Notes: generated by a model not told the origin, from the letters alone. Shown: positions 1 to 15,302, numbered from the stretch's first letter. The stretch is DNA of 64,000 bases from Amoebidium appalachense (GCA_963693365.1 CAVNZM010000004.1:3896047-3960046), one strand, 5' to 3'. Numbers and translations are program-made.

Positions 1-201
1 ATCTGTCTCCCCCCTCCCTCCCCCTCCCCCCACCCACCCACCCCCCACCCCCTCCCCTCCCTCCGTTTCCCGCCCATGTGCACACACACGCCCGTACACC
101 CTCACCCGCATAAACACGGAAACTACAAACACATGCACGAACGGGCCGGGCGCGCATACACACACACACGCACGCACGTACGTACGCACACACACACACA
201 C

Positions 202-290
<89 letters not shown>

Positions 291-841
291 TCTTTTGGTG
301 CACCTGCACCTTTAAACCAGGGTCGTTTCATGTTCATTCATTGAATCTTCCTCCTCTATTCCCCTCTCCAAGTTCCCGTGCAAGAAAACGTGGAGAATAA
401 GGGAGAGTGAGATGGCTCGGTGGGAGTCGGTAATTCTTTTGTTTTGTCGAGAGGGGATTAGAGAGGGTGTTTTTTTTTTTTTTTTTTTTTTTTTGGTGGC
501 CCAGGGGAGGGGAGAGGGGGGCCCCTCGGGGGGGGGGGGGGGGGGGGGGGGGGGGGATGTAGAGGCACTCCCTGGCGTGTTTTGTGAAACTTGTGCTGCT
601 GCTATGTCTTGAGGTGTATGTATGCTTGGATGCACTCCAATGTATGCCTTTAGGGTAATATCTGCATGTGTAGTTGTATCCGGTTGTGCTAAATAACTGG
701 CCTATTCTACTAGCAGGGTCATATCTACAAGAGCACATATGCCCATGCATGCTAATTTATTGGCACATAACGCCTGCAAGTGTACATACATCTATCGTTA
801 TATGCTCATTTTATTGAGTTATTAACATACTTAACCTGCAG

Positions 842-1930
842 GGCCGCAGAGAATAGGCATGGGCTGTGGCACCCCTGCCATGCCCGACTACCCATTGGAG
901 GCTGGCATGCTAGTCAGTGATGGTAAGGGGGATTGTGTGTGTTTTCGTGAGTGAATGTGGTAGCTGTGTGTGTTTTAGTCAGAGATTAAAAGGGTAAATG
1001 TATGCATTGCTTGTGTCTGGAGGTGTGGTGGTTCGGAACATGGTTTGGAAAGAATATCTCATAGAGGTCGATGTTAGGGCCCAAACGGTGGAATAACAAA
1101 TATGAATGACTCCTACGGGGTATTTTCCCGCAGGTCCCAAGACATTTTACAGTGCTCATTCCCCTTCTCCCCCCCCCCCCCCCCCGCCTTTCCCTCCACT
1201 CTCCCCCCCCCCCAAAAATAACACCACCGCCACTTGCTCCCGCACCCCCCCTTTCCCCCCCCCCCCCCCTCCCCCCTTTCACCCAAACCCACACCTACCC
1301 ACCCACCTGTTAACCCGCCTCACCGCCATCCCACCTCCCATCTCCCGTCCGTCCCCCCCCCCTCCCCCCCCTCCCCCCCCCCCCCCCCCCCCCCCAATAA
1401 AAAAAAAAAACATTCACAGACACCTACGCACACCAACCACCTGCACCAGCGAGCTGCCAACTATGCTCACATCTACATGTACTCTCAGTCCATGCAAACA
1501 GTAACCAGTAAAAATCCAGTTAAAATCCATCTCATAAACCCAACCATACCCACATACAGAGCCAGGCTACTATGAAGAAGGCAACTTTGGCATCCGCATT
1601 GAAAACGTGATTGCCGTGGTTCCAGCCAACACCCCCCACAAATACCGGAACAACACATTTTTCACGTTCGACACCCTCACCATGGCGCCGTATGCACCGA
1701 ACCTCATCGATACGTCACTGCTTGATGATCGCGAGATTGCATGGGTGGATAACTACCACAGGAGGGTGGTGGAGGTGATAGGGCCTATGGTGAAAGAGCA
1801 GGTGGGTGGGTGGGTGGGTGGGGGGGTTGGTTGGGAGAGGGAGAGGGGGGGGGGGGGGGGGGGGGGGAGATGGGGGATGGGGTATGAGGGATGAAAAATG
1901 AGGGATCATGGTAGGGAGGAAGACCCGCAC

Positions 1931-2012
<82 letters not shown>

Positions 2013-2412
2013 ATGCTCGCACCTGTTTGTGTGTGGGCATGTGTGTATCTGAGAAAGGGAGGGGGGGGGGGGGGGGGGAGGGAGAAAGGGGGGGGGGGGG
2101 GGGGGGGGGGGGGTCACTTGAAAGATATCGGAGGTCAATGCCATAGGGTGGGTGTAAGAGTGAGTCGATGGGTGGGTTGGTGGGTGATTGGATTTGCACA
2201 TGGGTTACAGACTTTGTTGGTTTAACATATTGCGGATGTATAAAAACTTTTTTTGGGGGGGGGGGGGGAGGGGGGGGGGGGGGGTTTGAAAACATTCACA
2301 GGTCACGGTCACCGTGTGTTTAGGTAATACTGACAGATGATTGGTTTGGCGGCAGGGCGGAGAGGCGGCGTATGATTGGCTCATGTGGCAAACACGGCCA
2401 CTTGGCCGCTGA
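842..2412 (+). CDS. XPNPEP1: Xaa-Pro aminopeptidase (aminopeptidase P, M24B), last three exons; 5' part lies outside the window
   Basis: GT-AG exons 842-922 ([27 protein letters not shown]), 1560-1801 ([17 protein letters not shown]...[20 protein letters not shown]) and 2356-2412 ([18 protein letters not shown]) join in phase. EPGYY..G.FGIRIEN is the aminopeptidase P metal-binding motif. Confidence 0.93.
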
Positions 2413-2662
2413 ATCACCTTCGACTGCTGCTGATTTACAATAATGGGTTTTCATGCTACTATTTGGAGGTTCGTTAACGGCCAAATATGTGCGTTTTTTT
2501 ATTTTTATGCCGCTTTAGTTGATATCATAATACTCCTAGCACATTGCACGCTATTATTTACCGTTCAATTTGAACTGAATGATTTATCTGATACGTACAC
2601 ACACACGCATACATACACACATGCATATACACACACACACCGTCACCCACACACACACGCGC

Positions 2663-2721
<59 letters not shown>

Positions 2722-3242
2722 CTCTTTTATTACCCACTATAACTGGAGGGGGGGGGGGGTAAAGACAAGGTCACAAACCCCCCCCCCCCCCCCCCCCCTC
2801 TCCCGGGAGCCTAATCACTCTGCTGTATATTTTTGTTTTTGGCAGATCATCTGCTGATAGCAAATTAATGTTCCGCTTTTCAAGACCAATTCATCTTGCA
2901 ACAGTTTGCATAATCTGCTGGTATGGCTGGGCCACCAGCTGAATATATTTGGCTAGCCTAAGGAGAGTTCATGTCATTCTGCTTGTAGTGCCTTTGATTG
3001 AATAATTCTCTCTTTAAATTTGCACAAGTCAGCTAAAAAGAGACAGCTGTATTGATTGTAGTTCAGATCTGGGTAGACAGCAAAAGATTGTCAATGGTTC
3101 AGTAAAATTTTAAAAAGCAGAAAATTCTGCCTTTTGCACAAAAACTGCTTCGTGCGCATGCAGAATACGTCGTGAAAAGATGGCATACAGGCACATATAT
3201 ATGCTGTATGTATGCATTCACTTCGTCACACCACATGAATAG

Positions 3243-3300
<58 letters not shown>

Positions 3301-5097
3301 AGCCCCTCCCTCCCTCTCTCCGTAAACAGCAGCTCAGGCAGTTCCAAACCGTCCCCATCCCTCCCCGTCGTGTCCGGGTGTCACGAAATTTTGAACAGTC
3401 TGGCGAGCCCCTCACACGCGTCGAGGTTGATGCCACTGAGCTACATATAATAAATGCTAAAAAAAAACATTTAATATCCTGGCCGGAAAGCCGCAATATA
3501 TATATACAGCAATGCCATTGGCTCATCATGTGAATTCTTGCATAAATATTGATTTGGAAGCTTGGCACTACACCCCAAAGGCCCACCTATTAGCGCTTTA
3601 AGACTCTACTCATCTCAGAGCGGCACGTGGGCGTAAACAGTTACATTCTCGAATACGGTTATGTCAGTACTAGTGGGGCAGGTATATTGCAGGTGTGTGT
3701 GTGTGACAGTCTGTACGGCGCGCTTCTTTCATGCTTTTTGGCGCCAAAATCAGAGGACATGATATTAGACAGCCTAATAATAAAATCCGCATTGGATTGG
3801 TCAACAAAAATATGTGTATGACGCCCCACCAATTACTGTCTAGATTGACTGTTGTCCCCTGCGGCGTTTGACCTTGATGCTTGCGTGCTGATGATTCGGT
3901 TGTACACATCGAACGCTGAACCGTTCCCATGCATCGTTCTGTATAGTATACAGTATATAAGAAGCTCACTCAGCAATACCAATGCTGTTTAATAATAAGC
4001 GTATAGCTAAATTTATATATTTCTATGTATTTTATATACAAATGGCTAGGCTATAGAATATATCATTTGGCTATACTATCCTCTATTGTCACAACCTTTT
4101 AGTACATCCTTTCTAGGTCTTCACTGTGACATTACATGTGTATTCCTATTGGTTAACATCATGTCTTAATATAGCTCATTTTTTATATCTCTGGCCCCAA
4201 GGCCCTGCTGCCGACTGGTTGGATGCGTCCAGTACAGTTTGCACTTTGGCGGGCACCGGTGCGCTGAACAAGCGAGAAAAGGAGGAAACGAAAGGAAACG
4301 TAACAACTTTTCTTTATTATTTCTGTGCGGAGCTTTATAGAGAAAAGGGGGAAATTGTCAACAGAACACTTTTATACCTAAAGAACCGCAAAGCTCAAGG
4401 CAAGTCATGGTGTTTGTGCTTTTTCCCCTTTTCATGATGGGCAGTTCCTTATTTTTTTATTTCTTTTTTTTTACTGTCCGCCTGAGCGATTGAGGGAGAG
4501 TCGAGGAGTAGGTTTTAGATCGCTTTGACACACATAAAACTCCTAGGTTGCGCAAACTATTCGGCTTCTTCTTCTTGTATACTTTGAGACGTTGGTCATA
4601 GTTGTGGAATTCTTCTTCGTGTTCAAGGGCATTCGGTTTCTGGTTCAATTTTGCGTTGAAGTGTGGTAACAAGAACACGTTCTTAGGATGCCGACGCTTC
4701 TATTATTACACGGCTACCGGTTCACGTTTCTGTATTTTCCACAACTCCTATATTTCGTGTCACAGATACGAATCTACGATCGTATGCGGGATTAGTTTCA
4801 AATGATCAAGCAGGGTTGTCCGCACCTAGTATATGGAGGAACTGGCAACGCAACAAGCGAACGGCAGCAGAGACTACAGGTGGAGCAGAAGAATGTTTTT
4901 TCGCCTTCGGGTCGCTCTCCCCTCAAAGTTTCAAAATTTCTCTAAAATGTTTTCGCAGAGATGTTGGACTCTACACACTCTTTGTCATCGAACCATCTTT
5001 TCCATTGGAGTTTCCTCTTTATTTTTATGACAACAAGCACTTTTTTATATATAGCGTTTTTTGGTGGTTGACAGGTGGTATCCACAGGGTCCAGAAG

Positions 5098-7706
5098 ATG
5101 TTCTATGCGCAGTACATTCTGGCCAAGAATGGCCCCCTAGGCATAGTGTGGCAGGCAGCCCACTGGGACCTCAAGAACAAAAAGCAGGTTAACGACACAA
5201 ACATCAGGGTGAGTTGTTTGCTGTGGTGATTGTTGTGTTAGAATGATAGGTTTTACATTCACCCTCTTTTTTCTTTTTTGCCTTTGCGGGATATGGTTCT
5301 TCGTTTGTTGAGATTGGCCTGTGCTAGGTGTATAACTGAGTTATGCTACTTCCCCCCTCCTTCTCCCCCCCCCCCCCCCCCCCTCCCCCCCCCCTCCCCC
5401 CTCCCCCACAAACAACACACACACACACACACACTACCCGCCTTTTGGCAAAATTTTGGCAAAGAGACAGCACCGAAACGCAAGATAGTTGCGCCCCTTC
5501 CCCCCTCCCTTCCGGTATTTATTTTCCCTTCCCATGTTACGTTCCTTTCCCTCTCCTCCCCTTTCTCTTTACCTGCCCCTTCCTCCCCCTCCCTCCCGCG
5601 CCCCCCCTCCCCCCGAGTGGTAGTTCGCTTATCTCTCCCCTTGACTTTCCTCCCCTCCACCTTTACTGTTGGACCGATTGCCAAGATACCTAATAGTGGG
5701 GGGGTGCTTGAAAACAGGACAAGGTGCAGCACATTGTGGCACCTAGTGTGCCCATTTCACTGCGCACGTCCGGACACCTGCTGGTGGGGGTGGTGAAGAT
5801 CTACAGCAAGAAGGCATACTACCTGGCCAACGACTGCAATGATGCACTGACGAAGATTAAGGTGTGTGGGTGTGTGTGTGTGTGGATTGGTGGGGGGGGG
5901 CTGGGTTTATTGGGTGGGTGGGTGAATGGGTTTGGTGTGTGTGTATCGGTGGAGGGTGGGTAGCTGCGACTGTGAGTGCACATTGCACGTGTGGATATGG
6001 GAACATGTCTAGGTGTGTGTGTTTTCATGTTACTATTTACCTTTTTGTGTATGTGTCTGTGTGTTTTGGGTGTGGCAAGGGTGGAGGGGGAAGGAAGGGG
6101 GGGGGGGGGGGATGGCAGATTTCCTGGTTGGTTATATGTGTGGGTATCAATTTGTTTTGTGTCTGAGTGCATGTCGATTGATGGTTGAATGGGTGCACAC
6201 GTGCTTTTGGTGGGGAATCTTGCACCTATGTGGTGAATTGGAGGTAGTGGGTTTTAGGGTGAGAGTGAGGCAAAGGTTGTTGTTGTTCTTTCCTTTTATT
6301 TGTTGCCCTCTCATTATCGTTCCTCTTACCACAACAAAAAAGTTTCCGAAGGTAAATTTGCGTTCAGAAATGGATTTCCCACCCTGCTTCTCATACGTTA
6401 TCTTGTTTTCCATTTCCAGGTTGCGTTCAAGCCGGGGGCTGTTGAGCTCGAGCTTGGTGGGACTGTTGCGGTGCAGCAGCTGACCAATGTGCACTACGAC
6501 CTGGACAGTGCATTCGACATTGCATATGATGAGGTGCTGCAGGCAAAGTATGATGTGTGTGGGTGTGTGTTTGGGGGGGGGGGGGGGGGGGGGGATGGGG
6601 TGGTGGTTGGGTGGAGGGAGGGAGGTAGTGGAGAGGGGGAGGGAGAGGGGGGGGGGGGGGGAGGTGTGTGAGGGGGAGCGGAGGGGAGGTTGGCATGTGT
6701 GTGTGTGCCGTTGCCGCTGCGCCTGCTAACACACATGCGCACAGACACACACTCTCTCTCTCTCTCCCCCCCCCCCCCCCCCCCCCCCCCTTCTTCTCAA
6801 CATGTATTTACGCATGCTTTGGTTTACTTGTACACACCCGCACTCTTATGCTGTGTGTCCACGATACTGTGTGCTGATTGTCTGGGTGCAGCTTTGAGCC
6901 GTCCGGCCGTGTTCTTGTGGGCAGACACGAACAGATCACTCTGGATGAACAGTCGGAGGTCGACATCTCCATGGTGAGGATTGCACCTTCATACGCACAC
7001 ACACACACACACACACACAGGCACACACACACAGGCATTATTGCACACGCGGGCGCACATACATTGGCAGACACGTACACACACACACACACACACAACC
7101 GCGCATGCACACATCACGGTACTATCAAGAAACACCTGGAGCACATGTGTTTGATATCTAGCCGCACACATTAGCATGCCCTCACACTCGTGCGGAAGTG
7201 TGCATACACATAGGCAGCCCCCTCCCCCCCCCCCCCCCCCCCCCTCCCTCCTCAGTTGCCCCCTTGTCGTACTCGATCCTCTTTTCTCCCCCCCTTCCAC
7301 ACACACACAAGCACACAGGCTCACACGCACACAACACTATCTTTCTGTCTGTCTTACTCTCTCTCCTTCCTCCCTCCCTCCCTTTTGCCTTCCATCCCTT
7401 TCTCCCCCCCTCCCTCCCTCCCTCCCTCTCTTTCTGCCCAAGGTGAAAAGCCTTTTGACCCCCCCCCCCCCCCCCTTCCCCCGCGGTCCCACGTACTTAC
7501 ATACGTGTACCCCTTTCAGATGGAGCTAGCAGAGGATGTGACGAACATGGGGGAGGGTGAACTTGAGCTCGAGTTGGAGTTGCCTCGAGATGCCGCACAT
7601 GTCGACCACTCCTTCCACCCGGACTGTGTGTATTCCATTCTCCCTCCCCCTCTCTCCCGCCCTCCCCCCTCCCCCTCCCTACCCCACCTCCGCGCACGCA
7701 CGCACA

Positions 7707-7744
<38 letters not shown>

Positions 7745-7881
7745 GACACATACACACTCACTCACACATTCACTCACTTACGGATTGAATGGGAGGAGGA
7801 AGACACACACACACGTGCTCTTCTCCCTCGGATTCGGCACACACGCGCACATAATGAGGATAGAAAAGATGAAGAAGAAAG

Positions 7882-7913
<32 letters not shown>

Positions 7914-8021
7914 TATAAGCGTACAATATGTGATGGCGAAGGGACAAACAAGGGGGGATGTGTGGGCCATAATGTGTGGTGCTTGTCTCCCCCCCCCCCC
8001 CCCCCCCTCTGCCCCCCTCTC

Positions 8022-8053
<32 letters not shown>

Positions 8054-8773
8054 CAGGTTCTGTGCTTGTGTGTGTGTGGGCGTGTTTTTTTTTTTTTTGG
8101 GGGGGGGGGGGGGGGGTAGTTAATGGACCGTCGGAGACGTGCGTTCTCACGACTTCTTTTGCAGTGGATGACCTGAACGTGTCTTTAGCGTCGGCAAAGA
8201 AGGGGCCTAAGCCCTCAGGTGTGTACCAACCCCCCCCCCCCCCCCCCTTTTTTTTTATTTTTTGCTCTTTCCCTCTTGTCTCCCTCCGTCCTTTCCATAC
8301 CTTTCATTATGTGAGTTTGTTTATGTGAATTCTTCTCTGTACTACCACACACACTCTTCGGTCTCTTCGTATTAAGCATGCTTTGTTGGGTTCTTATGCT
8401 CCCCCTCCCCCCTCCCCCTCCCCCTCCCTCCCTCCCTCCCTCCCTCCCTTCCTCCCTCCCTTTCTCTTCGTGCCCGGTTCGCTCCAATTTTTTCTCCTCC
8501 AAGCAATCGCAAAAATGGTTAATGGTTCCGATTGGTCATGCTATTTTTAAGCACTATTTTGTCCTAAAAAGGAAACATCCTGCACCCAACGCGAGGTATC
8601 ATGATTACATATGCATCTACTAAACAAGTGAGTATCAGGAGTCTTAAAGGTGCATTCATCCAAAAACTGACATGCTTGTTGCGACATCCTGATTTTGTCC
8701 TTTTGTGACGCCTCCCTATTTCCAACCCTGTGATGCATATAGCTCCCTCCCCCCCCCCCCCCCCCCCCCCCCC

Positions 8774-8838
<65 letters not shown>

Positions 8839-8894
8839 CTCAACCTTGACGAGGAAGAGCGGCCTCAGGCAGACATCAACCCACCGGTAGGCAT

Positions 8895-8928
<34 letters not shown>

Positions 8929-9624
8929 ACAGAAAAAAATTAAAAAAAAAAAAATAAAAGAAAAGAAAAGAAAAATAAACCACACACCCCTCTCCAATAA
9001 GCAACAAAATATTCCTGCGCCATTTAAAAAAAAAAAAAAAAATTGGCCAATTTCTAATGCATAACCCCCTCCCCCCTCCCCACCCGCCTTTTCTCATTCC
9101 TCCCCCCTTTGTATGATGCATCCATGCATATGTTTATGTTGGTTTCAATGTGTACCTCATACTCCGTAACACATTATAACACCCCTCCGCTCCTCCCCCC
9201 CCCCCCCTTCTTTTTTTTTTTTTTTTTTTTTCCCCTCCCTGAGCAGGCCGGAGATGATAACCTGAACGATGCATTTGCCGAAGCATTTGACCCTACGGCC
9301 ATGAACTTTGACGCAATGGAACTGGAGTTGGAGGGGGAGGGGGAGAAGGAAAAAGAGAAAGAGAAGGAGGAAGAGGGAGAGGGGGAGGTTGAGATTCCGC
9401 GTGCAGGGGAGGGGGAGAAGGAGGGAGGAGAGCCCGTGGGTATGGATGTGGACGGGGTGGAGCCGGAGGTGGTGGAGGGTGGGGAGGAGGGTGGGAAGAA
9501 GGTTGAGGAGGGAGAGGTGGGGATGGAGCTGGAGCAGGAAGAGGTGATGGCACCTGCCCCTACGTCACCGGTCGTCACGGTATCCCAGCGCCGCAGAGCT
9601 TTCTCTCCCGAGGTTTGTTGAACA

Positions 9625-9661
<37 letters not shown>

Positions 9662-9733
9662 CAAAAAAAAACAAAAACAAAAAAAAAAACACCAAACGTC
9701 TAACACCCAACACGCACACACCCATCCCGTACC

Positions 9734-9812
<79 letters not shown>

Positions 9813-10953
9813 GGCACACTTACGTGGGCAAGTGCACAGGCACGTATCTAAGGCAGGAAGAAATTTGAAAAGACATGTGAAAATAGCGTGTGTGTGTGTG
9901 TGTGTGTGTGTTTGTGTTGGGGGGAGGAGAAGAGGGGGGGGGGGGGGGGGGGTGTTTCGATAGATGCCACACCTTTTTTTTCGTAGTGTTTTATCTGCCT
10001 CGACTGTTTGTTTAATGATCCCCATAAACCTTCAACAGACATGTACAGGTAACCACCCCCCCCCCCCCCCCCCCCCCTCCTCCTTCCCGGGAGGTTGGGC
10101 TCTACTTAAGTTGCATACTTGGTCTGTATCCACAATACGTTGTCAGGTTGTGAATCTCTGCTTTTTTGCTTTGTACCGTAATCTAACCACACCTGTATAC
10201 AACCCCTCCCCCCCCCCCCCCCCCCCCCCCTACACACACACACACATGCACTCAAACACACACACACGCACACTCACACGTACACATGTGTACACAAACA
10301 CGTACACACGTACATACGTACAGGTGGAGGCGGAGGAGGATCTTGCAGCCATGCCCATGCCCGAGCCAGTGCTCAGCCAGAAGGCTGCCCCCAAGAAGCA
10401 CAAAAAGACCAAGTTGATCATTGATGACGAGATCATCATCTCGGGGTAGGTGACCCTACCCTTAGTGCAGACACGCATGCACACGTGTGGGGGTGCACAC
10501 ACAGGCACCGACGTGCACCCGCGTTGCACACACACACATACACACACCTTAGGCTACCACCACTGTATCCCCACCACTCGCCCTGGTTTTTGTCTTTTTT
10601 TTTTATCCCCCTCTCTCCCCCCCCCCCCCCCCCCCCCCCCCCCTCCCCCGGCGTCTTTCCCTGTCTTCTCTCTCTCTATCTCTATCTCTCCCCCCCCCCC
10701 CCCCCCCCCCCTTTTCCCCTCCACCCCTCCGCTTCTTACTCTTCCCCTTTCTTCTGTTTTTCTCCGTTGCCATGAGCAACTTCACGTCTACTAGCTGAAA
10801 AGTGGTTGGCGGTTGTTTATTAAGGTGGCTGGCCTGCTCCTCTTTTGTTGCACCATCAGCACACCTTGCATAATTAACATGCGCCTCCATATCCCCGTCC
10901 TCTCTCCCCCCCCCCCCCCCCCCCCCCCCCAACCACCACCACCACCACCACCA

Positions 10954-11008
<55 letters not shown>

Positions 11009-11904
11009 GAGCAGATGCGTGAGCAGCTAGATGACACCAGCGACATCCGTCATGTCTGGAAAGTTGCCCCTCGCACCCACAAAGCCATGCAGGCCAGGGT
11101 ATGTGCCTCTCCCCACCCTCCCCCCATGCCTCTCTCTCCCTCGCACACACACACACTCTCTCTCTTGCTCATCCTTTTCTTTTTCTTTCGCTCTCTCTCT
11201 CAGCTCTCTCTCTCTCTTTCTCGCCCCTCTCTCCTCTCCCCTCTCCCCTCTCCCCTCTCCCCTCTCCCCTCCCCGTCTCCACCTTGTCCCATAATAATTT
11301 GGGCATGATGCTGTTTCGTGACCGGAAACGGACTGTAATAAGGATGATATTTTCATCCGGGAAGGATTATTTCCCAATAGCGTTTCCTAGATTGTCTTCA
11401 TAGGCTAAAGCTATTTCTCAAGAGTCTAAAATAAAAGCTCAGTTTTCCTGTCGTTTCCCTTTCTTTTTCTTTCTTTCTTTCTTTCTTTTCGGGGGTGGGG
11501 GGGGTAGGGGGAGGGGGAAGGGAGGGAGGGGGGGGGGGGGGGGATAAAGATTTGCAAGGAGCTAACTGTGTGTTTTTATTGGATCGGAGCAGCTGCAGCA
11601 GCGCAGTGTTGCCGATATGTTCAACCGCCCCTCTACCCGCGTGCCCAGCCACCTCGTGCATTTGATGACTAGGAACATGGTCCCTGGCCTGCCTGACCTG
11701 CCACTGGCTACAGAGACTACAGACGCAGAGCCTCACCCACAAGGGGTGGGTGTGTGTGTGGGGGGGGGGGGGGGGGGGGGAGGGGGGGGGGGAGGGGGGT
11801 AGCTGTGTTGGCATGTGGTGATGTGGTGTGTTTCGTGTCTGGTGGTAGTCATGTTTGCTTTTGTGTTTGTCTGTTAGGTTTTGGTTTTTTTTTTGTTTTG
11901 GTTT

Positions 11905-11948
<44 letters not shown>

Positions 11949-12520
11949 GAAGGGTGAAGGGGGGGGAAGGGGGGAGGGGAGAATGGGGGGGGGGGGGGTG
12001 AGGGGGGTTGGCCTTTGTGTCCGTAGCTTTTGTTGTTTTGGCAGGTGGATTAGGGAAGGAAGAGCTCGGGTTGAGGAGAGGGGAGGAGGGAGCCGGGCAA
12101 AATAGTACATGAAGCACCATTCTGTGCATTTTTGTAGTCTTATAGGAAACATTATTATTCTGACATCTGGTCCCCTCCTCTCCATTTCCGCTGATCCCCT
12201 TTTTCTGTCACAGCCCGAGGACGTCAGCCTCAACGTGACCCTTCAGGATGATTTTGGGCCAATGGCAGACGTCGCTGAGCCAGAGAACATCACCCTAGAG
12301 CTGTCGGAGGTGGTGGAGCCGGTGGAGGGGGACAAGCAGGCGGAACCGCAGGAGGCAGAGGGAGAGGCGGGGGTGGAGGTGGAGGCGGGGGCGGGGACGG
12401 AGGGGGAGAAGAGAGAGGGAGAGGAGGTGGAGGGGGGAGACACCAAGCGCATCAGGCTCGGTAGGTTTGGTGGGTGGGTGGGTGGTGGTGGTGTGAGGGG
12501 ATGGGGGGGAGGAAGGGGGA

Positions 12521-12553
<33 letters not shown>

Positions 12554-13488
12554 GAAGGGGAGGGTACGGCGTCCGATATGTGGGTATTGGATAAGTACGT
12601 TCACTTGTGCTGGTGTGTGGTTAGGGGGGGGGGGGGGGGGGGGGGGGGAGTTTCGAAATATAATCATTAGTAACACGTGGGCCAAAGAAAAGTTTCGTAA
12701 CATTTTCCCTCCACCTCCCCCCCCACCCCCCCCCTCCCCTCCCCTCCTTTTCCACCGCCTCTCCCTCCCCCCCCCCCCCCTTCTCCTCCTCCTCGTCCGG
12801 GCACACACACACACACACACGTATACACACACACATGCACACGTGCACACGTATACACAGACACAGAGCAGCAGAACGAGGTCATGGGTGATGGGCCTGA
12901 AGTACATGACAACGTGCCGGACGTAGCAGACATGCAGCACGAGGAGCATGTGTCTGAGAGGGGGGAGGAGGTGCAGGTGGAGGCAGAGGTGCCCAGTGAC
13001 CAGACACCATTGCGCATAGACTTTGACTTCAACCAGGCACAGGGAGAGGTGGGTGTGTACGTGTGGGTGGGGAGGGTCGGGGGGGGGGGGGGGGGGGGGA
13101 TGGATGGGTGGGTGGGTTTTGGGTTTTGGGTTTTGGTTGGGGGGGAGGGGGGAGGGGAGGAGATGGTGGGCGGGTGGGTGTTTGGGGGGAAGGGGGGGGG
13201 GGTACGGGTGGGTGTTTCGGGGGGGGGGGGGGGGGGGGGTCCAATCCTTTATAACGTGTTGTGTATAAACCATCTGCTGATTGGCGTTGATTGGGTATTT
13301 GTTCAGTCAAGTGTATTTCATTTGTGTGTCCGTGTGTGATAGACGTTCTGCTGGCACATTGTGTTGACTACATGCACTTGTGTCTTGTCGCTGACGGATT
13401 GATGTGGTCACGGCAGGAGGAAGGGGTGGATGACTTTGTGGCCGGAGACTTCAGTGAGCTCAAAAACAAAAGGACACTCAAGGTGGGT

Positions 13489-13562
<74 letters not shown>

Positions 13563-14116
13563 AGGGAAGGTGGGAAGAGGAGGGGGGGGGGGGGGGGGGG
13601 GGGACGGCTCTGTTGCAGGGTATGATGAGAGTATTGAAAGTCTGTGTTTGTGTTAGTAGTGTTTAGGGAAGACTTGTTTTGGTGTTACTTTGGTGCATCG
13701 GCAGAGAGGGGGGGGGGGGGGGGGGGGGGGTGAGCAAGGCTGTGAGGAGAACAACACTATTCTAATAGTTTGAAATATAAGGATGAAGGGGGGGGGGGGG
13801 GGGGGGGGGGCATTAGTAATGGGAGTAGGAGGGAAGGGGGTATAAAGCAAGTGCATTTTTTTGGTGTGTATGTGTGTGCTGGGGGGGGGGGGGGGGGGTA
13901 TATATTTGGTTGGGGGGAGGAGGGGGGGGGGGGCAGAGACAGAGAGAGAGAGCAGGGGGGGAGGGGGGCTGCTGCATAAAAGTGGACGACTAACTTGGTC
14001 TTGCATGCACACAGATGATGAAGTCACTGCGCACGGCATTTGACGAGCATGAGGCACTGAGCTTTGGCGCCATGATGAAGGGTACGTGGGTGTGTGTATG
14101 TATGTGGGTGGGTGGG

Positions 14117-14191
<75 letters not shown>

Positions 14192-14269
14192 TGTCAGGCC
14201 GTACACTTGTGTGTGTATGCGTGTGTGTGCATGTGTGTGTGCGCGCGCGCACGATCGCGCGCGTACGTG

Positions 14270-14300
<31 letters not shown>

Positions 14301-14540
14301 TTGTGCGTATCGGTAGGTATGTTGGTTTTGTATGTTTACATGTGTTTCTAAAGGAGGGGGGTGGGGGGAGGGGGTTGCATATGAATAGTTGGGGGTTTTG
14401 TTATGGGTATCAACCGCACACTAACGCCGTTTTCTGTTTCAGGCCACAACCGACGCACCGCTGCCGCCGCGTTCTTTGAAATCCTCGCCCTTAAGACGAG
14501 AGACTACATCGATGTACGTGGAATCACCTTCATTTCCTCC

Positions 14541-14576
<36 letters not shown>

Positions 14577-15055
14577 GGGGGGAGAGAGAGAGAGATAGAG
14601 AGATAGAGAGAGAGCTCTCAAACTACAATCCCTGTATCCTCCCTTTTCCTTCTCTGCTCAGGAATGTGTTTGGGCTGTGCATGTCTGTCGGTAGCTTCCC
14701 TTTGTGCTGTGCATGCTGGCGTGTTTTCTTTTTGTGGGTGTGGGTGGGTTTGGGTGTGTCTGGTGGGAAGGGTCGGTGGGTGGGTAGGTGAGTTCATGGA
14801 TGAGGGATGTGCCTGTGTGTTTGCCCTTTGCGCTTACTTTAGGTTGTGTTCGTGTGCTTGTAGCAGTGATCGAGTAGTCCGTGTCTGTTCCTCCCCCCCT
14901 GCCCCCCGGGCACCCCGTCCTGTCCTGTCATGTCCTGTCCCTGCTGTCGTTTTCGGGTCTGCTGCATGTTCAGTTGCTTTGGTTGCAGTTTTGCCTTTTG
15001 GTTTTGTGGTTTGCTTATGTCTTTACTTCCATCTTTGCTACTTGCCTACGTATCC

Positions 15056-15087
<32 letters not shown>

Positions 15088-15302
15088 TTCCCCCCCCCCG
15101 GGGCCCCTTTCTGCCGCCTCCTATTGTGTGAGTGTCTAGGTTTCTCCTATGTTACGTGTGAGAATTTATCATGTTCTTACGGTATTTGCTATTATCACAG
15201 ATCAAGCAGACCAAGGCGTTTGGGGACATTAAGATCACGAAGACGGCACGGCTTGATGCCGTGGCTGCAGATGTGCCGAGCACACAGGAGGCAAGCGCAT
15301 GA
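5098..15302 (+). CDS. RAD21: Cohesin alpha-kleisin RAD21/SCC1, 17 exons, about 717 aa
   Basis: Exons 5098-5208, 5718-5861, 6420-6547, 6892-6973, 7520-7625, 8165-8218, 8831-8886, 9247-9612, 10324-10445, 11008-11098, 11593-11745, 12214-12460, 12861-13048, 13417-13482, 14015-14081, 14443-14513, 15201-15302; all GT-AG and phase-consistent, 2154 nt total. N-terminus [24 protein letters not shown]...[36 protein letters not shown]; central KKTKLIIDD...QLDDTSDI; C-terminal winged helix [34 protein letters not shown]. Confidence 0.95.

Noticed and set aside
3381-4678. Possible minus-strand gene head-to-head with RAD21 (fragments LSGINLDACEGLARLFKIS*, NALEHEEEFHNYDQRLKVYKKKK)
   Set aside because: I could not build a phase-consistent exon chain or recognise a domain; left unannotated.
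5098-15302. Calling the kleisin REC8
   Set aside because: The N-terminus (MFY...GPL..VW.AAHWD) and the central KLIID...QL.D.SDI segment follow the mitotic RAD21 pattern; a phylogeny would be decisive.
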